From an uncultured Candidatus Rokubacteria bacterium (lineage in GTDB: Bacteria > Methylomirabilota > Methylomirabilia > Rokubacteriales > CSP1-6), in NCBI GenBank assembly GCA_963771355.1, contig CAVYTA010000005.1:64001-128000 (forward strand): a DNA stretch of 64,000 bases. The letters are read 5' to 3'. This document shows, in pieces, positions 40,294 through 49,482 of this stretch. Each line of letters begins with the position of its first letter. Position 1 is the first letter of the stretch. Below the pieces are notes generated by a model. That model was not told the origin of the DNA. It saw nothing but the letters and a program-made list of their open reading frames with translations, and made no database searches. A program made the translations under genes and the position numbers.

Positions 40294-42393
40294 ATGGCGC
40301 AAGGACCTGGAGAAGGGCAGCCCGGGAAGCTCACCCGGGAGCAGATGGACGCACTGCTCTACGGCGGGCGCAGCAGCCCGCGCTTCACGCAGGACTCGCC
40401 GGTGCTGCCCGACGTCTGGATCAAGTACGCCGAGGCGCCGAACGAGCCCCATGAGCTATTGCTGACGCCGTTCCAGGATTCGCAGGAGGGTACCGTCTCT
40501 GCGGGCCAGCTGAGCCGAGTGCTCAAGGCGTGCCTGGCTCTGCCGCAGGGCCGGCGCCCTCCCGGCGAGCCCCGGCGCCACGAGGGCCGCGGCGCCTCGG
40601 TAGCTTACAACCAGTCGACCGTTCTCGCCCGTCTCTGGTTCGACGAGCTGGTGCGAGTGGTGCTGCCGCTGTCGGCCTGGTGGCATCGGCTCGGCGAGAC
40701 GGGCCGGCCGACGGGCGCCGACCCGGACACGGCACCCGACGCGCAGGCGGCCGCGCGGCGGCTGACGCGACGGAACCTGTTGCAGTCGTTGCGCGCGCCG
40801 GCGGGGCAACAGCGTCTTGCCGAGGCGCTCGCCCACCCGGCCGCCGCGCCGCCCGAGCTCGCGCCCGACCTCCTCTGGATGGTGCACATCGTCGGCAGCC
40901 TCGGCCTGGTGTGGACGCGCGCTCGCGCTCAGGACACCACCGCTCAGTGGTGGCCGGAGGACGAAGAGGTGGTGGGAAAGATGGACGCGGCGCGGCGCCA
41001 GCTCTATGACGAGGCGCTCGCTCGGCACTACCGCGAGGTCGTGAAGAGCGTCATCGCGCTGACGGAAGGCCTCGAGGACGCACCCTGGTTGAGTGACGCG
41101 AAGCTGGAGACGGCCATGCAGGATCAGCCGATGGTGTGGACGGTCAGCCTGAACCGTCAGGCGCGGTCCACCATGTGGCGATCGCGCGCTACCGTCAAGG
41201 CGGACGCCGCCGCGCGGGTCTTCGACATCACCTGCAGCGAGCTCGCGTGGGCGGTGATCGACAGCGGCATCGACGCGCGTCACATCGCGTTCCGTCGCCG
41301 CAAGGGCGACGGGAAGCCCTATGACGAGCCCTTCGAGAACGACAAGAACCGGACCCGCATCGTCGCCAGCTACGACTTCAGCATCGTGCGCCGATTGCTC
41401 AGCGAGGAGACACTCGACGCCACTCTCCTGGAGTTGCCGGCGGGGCGTACCGCGGACGAGATTGCCCAGCGGGAGGTGGATGTCCAGGTCCTCAAGCGCC
41501 GGCTGGAGCGAGGGGCGGAGATCGACTGGGACGTCGTCGGTCGACTGATCCAGATCCCTCACGTGACGACCAGCGGGCGCGAGGGCTATCGGCCTCCCCA
41601 GCAAGAGCACGGGACCCACGTGGCCGGGATCCTGGCGGGGGACTGTCGCTCCACCGACCGCGACGATTCGAGCGCGTCCGCTCCGGTGGGCATCTGCCCG
41701 GACCTGCAGCTCTACGACCTGCGCGTGCTCGATGCCCGAGGCGAGGGCGACGAATTCAACGTGATGGCGTCGTTGCAGTTCGTCCGGCACCTCAACTCGA
41801 ATCACGGCGTCATGAGGGTGCACGGTGCGAACGTGAGCCTGTCGATCCGGCACGACATCGCCAACTTCGCCTGCGGGCGCACGCCGGTGTGCGAGGAGTG
41901 CGAACGGCTAGTGGGCGGCGGTATCGTGGTGGTGGCGGCGGCCGGAAACGACGGGTATCTGCAGTACCTGACCCCGCGCGGTCCGCAGGACAGCTATCGC
42001 AGCATCAGCATCACCGACCCCGGCAACGCGGCCGGCGTCATCACGGTGGGCTCCACGCACCGGTTCCAGCCGCATACGTACGGCGTCAGCTACTTTTCGA
42101 GTCGCGGGCCCACCGGCGACGGGCGGGCGAAGCCCGACGTGGTGGCCCCGGGGGAGAAGATCGAGGCGCCGGTGGGCGGCAAGGACGACTTGAAGCGCAT
42201 GGATGGGACCAGCATGGCGACGCCGCACGTGAGCGGCGCGGCGGCGCTGCTGATCGCGCGTCACCGGGAGCTGGCCGGCCAGCCCGCCCGGATCAAGGAG
42301 GTGCTCTGCGCGACCGCGACCGATCTGGGCCGGGAGCGTTACTTCCAGGGCGCCGGGCTGGTTGACACGCTCCGCGCCCTGCAGTCCGTTTGA
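40294..42393 (+). CDS. S8 subtilisin-like serine protease with long unknown N-terminal region
   Basis: IDSGID, HGTHVAG, AAGN, GTSMATPHV; GGAGG RBS at 40280-40284; no signal peptide. Confidence 0.92.
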   Translation: MAQGPGEGQPGKLTREQMDALLYGGRSSPRFTQDSPVLPDVWIKYAEAPNEPHELLLTPFQDSQEGTVSAGQLSRVLKACLALPQGRRPPGEPRRHEGRGASVAYNQSTVLARLWFDELVRVVLPLSAWWHRLGETGRPTGADPDTAPDAQAAARRLTRRNLLQSLRAPAGQQRLAEALAHPAAAPPELAPDLLWMVHIVGSLGLVWTRARAQDTTAQWWPEDEEVVGKMDAARRQLYDEALARHYREVVKSVIALTEGLEDAPWLSDAKLETAMQDQPMVWTVSLNRQARSTMWRSRATVKADAAARVFDITCSELAWAVIDSGIDARHIAFRRRKGDGKPYDEPFENDKNRTRIVASYDFSIVRRLLSEETLDATLLELPAGRTADEIAQREVDVQVLKRRLERGAEIDWDVVGRLIQIPHVTTSGREGYRPPQQEHGTHVAGILAGDCRSTDRDDSSASAPVGICPDLQLYDLRVLDARGEGDEFNVMASLQFVRHLNSNHGVMRVHGANVSLSIRHDIANFACGRTPVCEECERLVGGGIVVVAAAGNDGYLQYLTPRGPQDSYRSISITDPGNAAGVITVGSTHRFQPHTYGVSYFSSRGPTGDGRAKPDVVAPGEKIEAPVGGKDDLKRMDGTSMATPHVSGAAALLIARHRELAGQPARIKEVLCATATDLGRERYFQGAGLVDTLRALQSV

Positions 42394-42403
42394 GGAGGCG
42401 CAC

Positions 42404-43540
42404 ATGACGTTCACCCTCGAGGCCCTGGAAGCGAAGCACGGCGACTCGCTGCTCTTGCACTGGGGCCGCGAGCGTCTGATCGTCATCGACGGCGGGCCCT
42501 CTGGCGTCTTTCGCAAGACACTCCTGCCCCGCCTCGAGGCGATCCGGGCGGAGCGCGACGTCGAGACGCTGCCCATCCGCATGCTCATGGTCAGCCACAT
42601 CGACGACGACCATATCCATGGCGTACTCGACTGGACACGTCACATGGCCGATCTGCGCAAGGAGAGTAAGCCCCTCCCGTGGGAAGTGAAAAGCTTGTGG
42701 CACAACGCCTTCGATGACATCGTGGGCAACGTCGAGCCGCTGTCGTCCGCCCTGGGAGCGGCGGTGGCGCCGGTGATGAACGACGCCCCGTTGCCCGCGG
42801 ACCTGGGGCTCGACCGCTATGGCGCGCTCGTCATGGCCAGCGTCGCGCAGGGAAAGACCCTGCGCGACGACGCCCGGGCGCTCAAGCTGTCGGTCAACCA
42901 GCCGTTCAAGGGGCTGGTGTGGGCGCCGACCACGGAGAAGCGGGAAGTCGCGCTCGAGGACGGCCTGACGCTCAGGGTCATCGGCCCGCTCGAGGGCCAG
43001 GTGGAGGCGCTGCGGGCGGACTGGGACAAGAAGCTCCAGGAGATGAAAGAGAAGAAGCCCGGGGCCGAGGCGCGGGCCATCGCGGCCGACTTCGTGGACA
43101 AGTCGGTCTACAACCTGTCGAGCATCGTGGTGCTCGCGTCCCTCGGCGGCCGTCGCATGTTGCTGACCGGAGATGCGCGCGGCGACTTTGTCCGTGACGG
43201 GTTGCGAGACGCGGGCCTCTTCCCGAACGACCGCATTCACGTCGATCTTCTGAAGGTGCCGCATCACGGCAGCGCCCGGAACGTCAGGAGGGACTTCTTC
43301 GAACAGGTCACCGCCGACCACTACGTGATCTCTGCGGACGGGCGACACGACAACCCAGACGTGGAGATGCTGGCGATGCTGACCGAGGCGCGCGGGGCGG
43401 CCGAGTACACCATCCACTTCACGAACAAGGTTCCGGACGTGAAGAAGTTCTTCGACGGAGATCTGCCCAAGGGCCGCAAGTACCGGGTGATGTACCGAGA
43501 GGACGAGGCGACCTCGGTGAAGGTGGCGCTCGGCGGCTGA
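42404..43540 (+). CDS. MBL-fold metallo-hydrolase (ComEC/Avs1a-like)
   Basis: HGDS, IDGG, SHIDDDH, NLSS, TGDA, KVPHHGS. Confidence 0.88.
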   Translation: MTFTLEALEAKHGDSLLLHWGRERLIVIDGGPSGVFRKTLLPRLEAIRAERDVETLPIRMLMVSHIDDDHIHGVLDWTRHMADLRKESKPLPWEVKSLWHNAFDDIVGNVEPLSSALGAAVAPVMNDAPLPADLGLDRYGALVMASVAQGKTLRDDARALKLSVNQPFKGLVWAPTTEKREVALEDGLTLRVIGPLEGQVEALRADWDKKLQEMKEKKPGAEARAIAADFVDKSVYNLSSIVVLASLGGRRMLLTGDARGDFVRDGLRDAGLFPNDRIHVDLLKVPHHGSARNVRRDFFEQVTADHYVISADGRHDNPDVEMLAMLTEARGAAEYTIHFTNKVPDVKKFFDGDLPKGRKYRVMYREDEATSVKVALGG

Positions 43541-43550
43541 TTTCCGGCGG

Positions 43551-43650
43551 TATGATAGCGCCGTGGCCGGCACCGAACGTCTGACCCTCGGCAGATTTCT
43601 CGCCCGATTCGTCTTCGCCCTGCTCGTGGTGGACGCCACCTACAGCATCA
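43551..43650 (+). pseudogene. N-terminal remnant of small membrane protein (DUF6524-like) with leaderless promoter
   Basis: TATGAT 6 nt before GTG 43563; GRFLARFVFALLVVDATY, then similarity is lost. Confidence 0.45.
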
Positions 43651-43677
43651 AGTATCGAGGAAGCCCTGCCCCAACCA

Positions 43678-44820
43678 TCACCCCGCCAGGCGATAGAAGC
43701 GCTGGGCGTTCTCACCGAGAACCTTGCGGCGGGCGTCCTCGGGCAACGGCGCCAGGCGTTCCTTCAGCTCGCGGACCACGCCGAACGAGGCGTCGATGTG
43801 CGGATAGTCGGAGGCCCAGATGAAGTAGTCAGCGCCGAGGTGCTCGACCATCTGCGCGGTGACCGACTCGTCCGGGTCGGCGGAGATCAGGCACTGGCGG
43901 TAGAAATACGCGCTCGGCTCCATGCGGATGGGCGTCTGGTGTTTCATGATCCGGTACTTGTGATCGAGGCGATCGAGCCAGGCCGCGATCCAGTTGGAGC
44001 CGGCCTCCAGCACCGCGCACTTGAGGCGCGGATAGCGCTCGAACATCCCGGCGGCAAGCATCTGCGTGAAGGCCGCCATCACATCGATAGCCAGGAACGC
44101 GATGCTGAACAGTGCGTCGGAGGGATCGCGGCGCTGCCACTGTCGGAACCATTGTCGATCGCGCACGATCACGTGGAAGGCGATCGGCATCTCCAGTTCC
44201 TGAGCCGTCTCCCAGAAGCGCGCGAAGAGCGGGTCGTCAAAGTGGCGGCCGCGGCGGGCGGCCAGGTCCGGCGAGAGGAAGATGCCCACGCAGCCGTCTC
44301 GCCGCGCGCGAATGGTCTCCTGCACGGCGCCTTCAGGATCGAGGAGCGAGATGTGGGCGACCGGGTAGAGCCGCTTGCGATCCGTGCGGCAGAAGTCCAC
44401 CAACCACCGGTTGTAAGCGCGCGTGTAGGCGGTGGCCAGCCCCCCGTCGGTGACGTGCCCCTCCCAGCAAATGCCGATGGTGGGATAGAGGAGAACCGAG
44501 TCGATTCCCTCGGCGTCCATGACGCGCAGCCGCTCCACAGGATCATAGCCGCCGGCCGGACTCCCCTCGGCGTAGGTCATCCCGCCGCGGGTGAGGAGGC
44601 GCGTGGCATCCATCTCGATACCGCCGAGCGCTCCCATCTGCCCGCGCAGTGTCTTAAGCGGCTGGCCGTCGATGAGGAGCACCTCGTAGCCCTGCTCGTC
44701 GCGGGCGATCTGGATGGCGCGAGTCCGGTACGCGGGCTCGAGGTACTTCAGCCAGGTGTCGGCCGGCTCGAGGACGTGGCCATCGGCATCCACTACCGGG
44801 GCACCGACCGGGGTCGTCAT
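43678..44820 (-). CDS. Amidohydrolase_2 family protein
   Basis: DADGHVLE, RAYNRW, LEAG, WASDYPH. Confidence 0.9.
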   Translation of the reverse strand: MTTPVGAPVVDADGHVLEPADTWLKYLEPAYRTRAIQIARDEQGYEVLLIDGQPLKTLRGQMGALGGIEMDATRLLTRGGMTYAEGSPAGGYDPVERLRVMDAEGIDSVLLYPTIGICWEGHVTDGGLATAYTRAYNRWLVDFCRTDRKRLYPVAHISLLDPEGAVQETIRARRDGCVGIFLSPDLAARRGRHFDDPLFARFWETAQELEMPIAFHVIVRDRQWFRQWQRRDPSDALFSIAFLAIDVMAAFTQMLAAGMFERYPRLKCAVLEAGSNWIAAWLDRLDHKYRIMKHQTPIRMEPSAYFYRQCLISADPDESVTAQMVEHLGADYFIWASDYPHIDASFGVVRELKERLAPLPEDARRKVLGENAQRFYRLAG

Positions 44821-45039
44821 CGTCTTCGCCTCCCTTGCGCCGGGCGGATGCCCGGATCGCCTGTTTGCCGACCAGCGAACGTTCGACGGTTGGCAGCTTA
44901 CTCCAAGAGACGTCCCGGAGCCGCCCCCCCCCGCGGCGCCGGCCCTGCTCCGGGCATTCCTCCGCGCCTTGCGGACACGATACCCGGAGTGTCGAATGGA
45001 ACGGGAGTAGGCGACACGTGTTTCCGCGCAGTTGGTGCC

Positions 45040-45054
45040 TGGCATTCGCGTTGC
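45040..45054 (+). promoter_or_regulatory. Candidate sigma54 promoter TGGCATTCGCGTTGC
   Basis: GG(-24)/GC(-12) at correct spacing, upstream of ATG 45139. Confidence 0.5.
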
Positions 45055-45138
45055 CTTTAGCGGCCGAGGTCAACGAAACTCGGACGTGAGACGGCCGGGC
45101 CCCACGCCCGCAGCCTCCCGTCGACAAGGAGCGTCACG

Positions 45139-46506
45139 ATGACCCTTGAGACTCATCCGATCGCTGCCCTTCGCTCCCAGCTTGCCGGCTCCGTTCTCGC
45201 CCCCTCGGATGCGGAATATGACGACGCCCGACGCCTTCACAACGGCCTGATCGACCGGCGGCCGGCCCTGGTCGTCCGCTGCCACGGGACGGCCGACGTC
45301 CAGGCGGCCGTGCGTTTCGGCCGCGAGCGGGGCCTCGAGATCGCCGTCCGTGGTGGCGGCCATAACGTGGCCGGCAATGCGGTCTGCGACGGCGGCCTCA
45401 TGATCGACCTGTCTCCGATGCGTGCGGTGCACGTCGACCCGCGCACGCGCCGAGCGCGGGCTCAGGGCGGCGCGACCTGGGGGGACTACAACCGTGAAAC
45501 CCAGCTCCACGGCCTCGCCAGCACTGGGGGCGTCGTCTCTTCCACGGGCGTCGGGGGGCTGACCCTCGGCGGCGGGCTGGGCTGGCTGATGGGCAAGCAC
45601 GGCATGGCGGTGGACACCCTCCGGGCCGTCGAGCTCGTCACCGCCACCGGCGAGATCGTGCAGTCGAGCCCAAAGGAGCACCCCGACCTCTTCTGGGCCC
45701 TGCGCGGGGGTGGCGGCAATTTCGGCGTCGCGACGTGGCTCGAATACGAGCTGTATCCGGTGGGCCCGACGGTGATCGCCGGGCTCGTCGCGCACCCCTT
45801 CACCGCGGCGCGCGACGTCCTCAGATTCTACCGCGACTTCACGGCGTCACTGCCCGACGAGCTAACGGCGTTCGCCGGCCTCCTGCACGCCCCCGACGGC
45901 TCGGGCGCCAAGCTGGCGGCCATCATCGTGTGTCATGCGGGGAGTCTGGAGGCCGGAGCCGCGGCGGTGGCCCCCGTCAAGCGCTTCGGCTCGCCCGTCA
46001 TGGACGTGATTGGACCGATGCCGTACACGGCGGTGAACATGATGGTCGACGGGGGATTTCCTCGCGGCGCGTTGAACTACTGGAAGTCGAACTTCCTTTC
46101 GACGCTCGGTGACGCGGCCATCGACACGATGATCGAGCACTTCGCCGGCGCGCCCTCGCCGATGAGCGGCCTTCTGCTCGAGCACTTCCACGGTGCGGCG
46201 ACGCGCGTGGGGCCGACGGAGACCGCCTTCCCCCACCGCGCGGTGGGGTACAACTTCTTGGCGGTCGGGGAGTGGATGGAGGCCTCGGCCACCACGGCCA
46301 ACGTCGCCTGGACACGCGGGGCATATGCCGCGCTGGCGCCACATTTCGCCGCGGGCCGGTACGTCAATTATCTGAACGCGGAGGAGATGGACCAGGCGGG
46401 CGCGGTGGAGGCCGCGTTCGGGCCGAACTGGAAGCGGTTGCGCGAGGTCAAGCGACGCTATGATCCCGAGAACGTCTTCCATCTGAACCAGAACATCAAG
46501 CCGTGA
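45139..46506 (+). CDS. FAD-linked oxidase, BBE/6-hydroxy-D-nicotine oxidase family
   Basis: RGGGHN, GLTLGGG, DLFWALRGGGGNFG, YVNY, KRRYDPENVF. Confidence 0.93.
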   Translation: MTLETHPIAALRSQLAGSVLAPSDAEYDDARRLHNGLIDRRPALVVRCHGTADVQAAVRFGRERGLEIAVRGGGHNVAGNAVCDGGLMIDLSPMRAVHVDPRTRRARAQGGATWGDYNRETQLHGLASTGGVVSSTGVGGLTLGGGLGWLMGKHGMAVDTLRAVELVTATGEIVQSSPKEHPDLFWALRGGGGNFGVATWLEYELYPVGPTVIAGLVAHPFTAARDVLRFYRDFTASLPDELTAFAGLLHAPDGSGAKLAAIIVCHAGSLEAGAAAVAPVKRFGSPVMDVIGPMPYTAVNMMVDGGFPRGALNYWKSNFLSTLGDAAIDTMIEHFAGAPSPMSGLLLEHFHGAATRVGPTETAFPHRAVGYNFLAVGEWMEASATTANVAWTRGAYAALAPHFAAGRYVNYLNAEEMDQAGAVEAAFGPNWKRLREVKRRYDPENVFHLNQNIKP

Positions 46507-46602
46507 GTGGAGCGCGCGTGGTGTGGAGCGCGGCGGCTCACGACGACGAGCAGAGTCGACCTTGACAGCCTCCAGCTGATCTCCGTATATGAAGGGGCCC
46601 CC

Positions 46603-47487
46603 ATGACAGTGGAGCGCCCGAACATCCCCGATAACGCGACCGGCCTCGTCGTCGGCACCGGCGACTTCCTCTACGACGTGTTCCGCCCCTGGGGTGTCCT
46701 GCCCGCCGGCTGGAGCTTCGGGTTGATCAGCCACGTCGCGGTCGACTCGAAGGACCGCGTGTACTTCTACCAGCGCAAGGACCCGCCGATCCTCGTGTTC
46801 GACCGGGACGGGAACTTCCTGACGGGCTGGGGTGACGGCCGGTTCCGCGATGCGCACGGCATCTACGCGGGCGCGGACGATCACCTCTACGTCTGCAACC
46901 GGGACGAGCATGAGGTGCTCAAGCTGACACCGGAGGGCCGGATCGTCCTGACTCTCGGCCAGCGCGGCCGGCCGGCGCTGCAGGCACCCTTCAACCATCC
47001 CGCCGACGTGGCCGTCGCGCCGAACGGAGAGATCTACGTCGCAGATGGCTACGGCAACTCCGCCGTGCACCGTTTCTCGCCCGAGGGCAAGCATCTCGGC
47101 TCCTGGGGAGCGCCGGGCGCCGGCCGCGGGCAGTTCACCACGCCGCACGGCATCTGGATCGACCGGCGTGAGCGCGTGCTCGTCGCCGACCGCGAGAACA
47201 ACCGCGTCCAGCTCTTCAGCCCCGAGGGCGACTATTACAGCGAGTGGGCCGACCTGTATCACCCGATGGACATCTATGTCGACGGCGCCGGCACTGTCTA
47301 CGTCACGGACCAGATTCCGCGCATCACCATGTACTCTCCGGAGGGGCGCGTGCTGTCGCGGGGCCGGCCGGTGACGATGGGCGCGCACGGGGTGTGGGGC
47401 GACTCGCGCGGCAACCTCTACCTCGCCGAGGTCGCCGTGAACCAGGTCACCAAGCTCGCCCGGCGGCCGCCTGCCGGCCCGGCCTGA
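46603..47487 (+). CDS. NHL-repeat protein (peptidyl-alpha-hydroxyglycine lyase-like)
   Basis: VAVDSKDRVY, FNHPADVAV, ADGYGN, PHGI, ADRENNRVQ; TTGACA at 46562. Confidence 0.88.
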   Translation: MTVERPNIPDNATGLVVGTGDFLYDVFRPWGVLPAGWSFGLISHVAVDSKDRVYFYQRKDPPILVFDRDGNFLTGWGDGRFRDAHGIYAGADDHLYVCNRDEHEVLKLTPEGRIVLTLGQRGRPALQAPFNHPADVAVAPNGEIYVADGYGNSAVHRFSPEGKHLGSWGAPGAGRGQFTTPHGIWIDRRERVLVADRENNRVQLFSPEGDYYSEWADLYHPMDIYVDGAGTVYVTDQIPRITMYSPEGRVLSRGRPVTMGAHGVWGDSRGNLYLAEVAVNQVTKLARRPPAGPA

Positions 47488-47517
47488 GGAGCTGGCGCCA
47501 CGAGCACGGCGCAGGAG

Positions 47518-47649
47518 GCCCGCATCGCCGGCCTCGACCGCGTGCTCGCCCACATCCAGCGCCGGGGCGGGGCCTGGATCGCCCGGCGTGACGCGATCGC
47601 GCGGCACTGGCTCCGAACCCACGGCCGGTCGAGCGGGGCTTCTGCCTGA
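47518..47649 (+). pseudogene. C-terminal remnant of PuuE-type allantoinase/polysaccharide deacetylase
   Basis: ARIAGLDRVLAHIQRRGGAWIARRDAIARHW...*. Confidence 0.7.
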
Positions 47650-47662
47650 ATCGACGAGGCCG

Positions 47663-48334
47663 CTACCGTCCGGCGAGGGCACGATTCTCCAGCCGGCTCA
47701 AGAGCCGTACCACCGGCCACAGCATCAGAAAGTAAATTACCGCCGCCACCACGATGGGCGTCGGACTGTAGGTGATGCTCTGCGCTTGACGCGCCTGATA
47801 GAGGAGCTCGGGCACAGCCACCACGCTGCCGAGCGAGGTGAGCTTCACCACCTCGAGCGTGTTGGAGAGCAGGTCGGGCAGCACGTTGCGCACCGCCTGG
47901 GGCAGCACCACGTAGGCCATGGCCTGCAGGCGGGAGAGGCCGGTGGACCGCGCGGCCTCGACCTGGCCGGCCGGTACGGAATCGATTCCCGCCCGCAGGA
48001 TTTCGCCGTAGTAGGCCCCGGTGTTGAGGAAGAAGGCGACGGCCACACAGGCGAAGCCGCCCAGCTCCAGCCCCGCGAACGGGAGCCCGGCGAACAATAG
48101 AATGAGTAGCACCAAGGGCGGAAAGGCCCGGAAGAAATCGACCCAGGCCATCAGCGGCCAGCGCAGCACGGGATTCTTCACACTTGCCAGCAGGGCCAGG
48201 ATCAGCCCGCCGAACAGGCCGAGCGGCACCACCAGCAGCGACAGCAGCACGGTGTTGCGCAGCCCCGCCAGCACGATCGGCCAGGAAGCGGCGATGATCT
48301 CCGGATTGAAGAAGGTCTGGATCATCGCTTCCAC
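47663..48334 (-). CDS. Polar amino-acid ABC permease
   Basis: FFRAFPPLV, AYYGEILRAG, QVEAARSTG, LPQA. Confidence 0.93.
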   Translation of the reverse strand: MEAMIQTFFNPEIIAASWPIVLAGLRNTVLLSLLVVPLGLFGGLILALLASVKNPVLRWPLMAWVDFFRAFPPLVLLILLFAGLPFAGLELGGFACVAVAFFLNTGAYYGEILRAGIDSVPAGQVEAARSTGLSRLQAMAYVVLPQAVRNVLPDLLSNTLEVVKLTSLGSVVAVPELLYQARQAQSITYSPTPIVVAAVIYFLMLWPVVRLLSRLENRALAGR

Positions 48335-49005
48335 GCGAACTTGGTCTCGACCCAGCGGGCCGCCACCACGACGGGGAGGAACAGCACCAGGTAGGCGGCG
48401 GCGCCCATCATCAGCGGCGAGGGATTGTAGGAGTTGGACATCGCCGAGCTTGCTTGCCCGAGGATCTCGGTGACGGCGACGACGGTGCCAAGCGCGGTGC
48501 CCTTGGTGATGGCGATGGTACGGTTAGTGAGCGGGGGGATGGTGAGCCGGAGGGCCTGCGGCAGCACGACGTTCATCAGGGTGTGGCCGAACGACAGGCC
48601 GGTCGAGCGCGCGGCCTCCCACTGGCCCTTGGGCACCGAGGTGATGCCGGCCCAGAAGATCTCCTCGGAGAAGGCCATCAGCACGAAGGCGAGCGACAGC
48701 CAGGTCGAGACGAAGCCCGAGGGTGAGAGGTCGACGCTGGGCAGGCCGAAATAGATGAGGACGATGACGACCAGCGGCGGCAGCGAGCGGAACAGGTCGA
48801 CGGTGAAGATGATGAGCCAGTTGAGCGGACGGATGGCGAGGCTTCTGAGCAGCGCCAGGGCCAGGCCGGCGGCAATGCCGGTGACGACGATGAGGAGGGC
48901 CAGCTCGATCGTGACCACCACGCCGGACAGGATGTCCGGCAGGTACTTGAGCATGACCTTGGTGTTGAAGAACGTGTCGGTGAAGCGGTCCCAGTTCCCG
49001 CTCAA
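48322..49005 (-). CDS. Polar amino-acid ABC permease (TTG start coupled to upstream TGA)
   Basis: LFRSLPPLV, GQWEAARSTG, LPQA, KGTAL. Confidence 0.88.
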   Translation of the reverse strand: MSGNWDRFTDTFFNTKVMLKYLPDILSGVVVTIELALLIVVTGIAAGLALALLRSLAIRPLNWLIIFTVDLFRSLPPLVVIVLIYFGLPSVDLSPSGFVSTWLSLAFVLMAFSEEIFWAGITSVPKGQWEAARSTGLSFGHTLMNVVLPQALRLTIPPLTNRTIAITKGTALGTVVAVTEILGQASSAMSNSYNPSPLMMGAAAYLVLFLPVVVAARWVETKFAWKR

Positions 49006-49168
49006 TGCCGTTGGATCTGGCCGATGAAGGTGCGCGTGCGCTCCTGGGCGGGGTTCTCGAAGATGGCGGCGGGCGGACCCTGCTCCACGATGGCGCCCGC
49101 ATCCATGAAGAGGACCCGGTCGGTGGCGTTCCGGGCAAAGCCCATCTCGTGGCTGACCACGATCATGG
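48964..49168. repeat. Direct repeat A (ATPase 3' end + permease 5' end)
   Basis: 49002-49168 equals 52701-52867 with 3 substitutions; weaker similarity extends to 48964/52660. Confidence 0.92.
49002..49166 (-). pseudogene. Duplicated C-terminal 54 codons of the ABC ATPase as a mini-ORF (MIVVSHEMGF...QIQRH*)
   Basis: In frame from ATG 49166 to TGA 49002. Confidence 0.8.
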
Positions 49169-49173
49169 GCGAC

Positions 49174-49203
49174 ACTCTGCCCGGTCACCGTGATCCCAGT
49201 CAA
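49174..49203 (-). promoter_or_regulatory. Promoter TTGACT-N18-CAGAGT, homolog of the LLM gene promoter
   Basis: 49161-49186 matches 29503-29528 at 25/26 nt. Confidence 0.7.
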
Positions 49204-49384
49204 GTCGGCGGGGGATGGCAGGTCAATCCGGAGGAAGCACCACGTTCGCCGCCCGGTAGAAGATGAGGATGAGGGCGATGGCCAGCATGCTCGTGCTGGA
49301 CGCCGCTCCCGCCACCCGATACCATGGTGGGACCAGTCCGAGCTCCAGCCAGCGCCCCGCCACCATCAGGCCGGCGAAGGCACC

Positions 49385-49424
49385 GATCGTGGTGTGCGTC
49401 ACCTGATCGTGGTGTGCGTCACCT
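49385..49424 (+). repeat. 20-bp perfect tandem duplication
   Basis: GATCGTGGTGTGCGTCACCT x2. Confidence 0.9.
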
Positions 49425-49482
49425 GGACGAGCACCCGGGAGCAAACGGGAGATTGTTGGTCGTCAAGAGGAGATCGAACACG

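Noticed and set aside
49385..49424. Possible CRISPR repeat
   Set aside because: Two adjacent copies, no spacer, no cas genes
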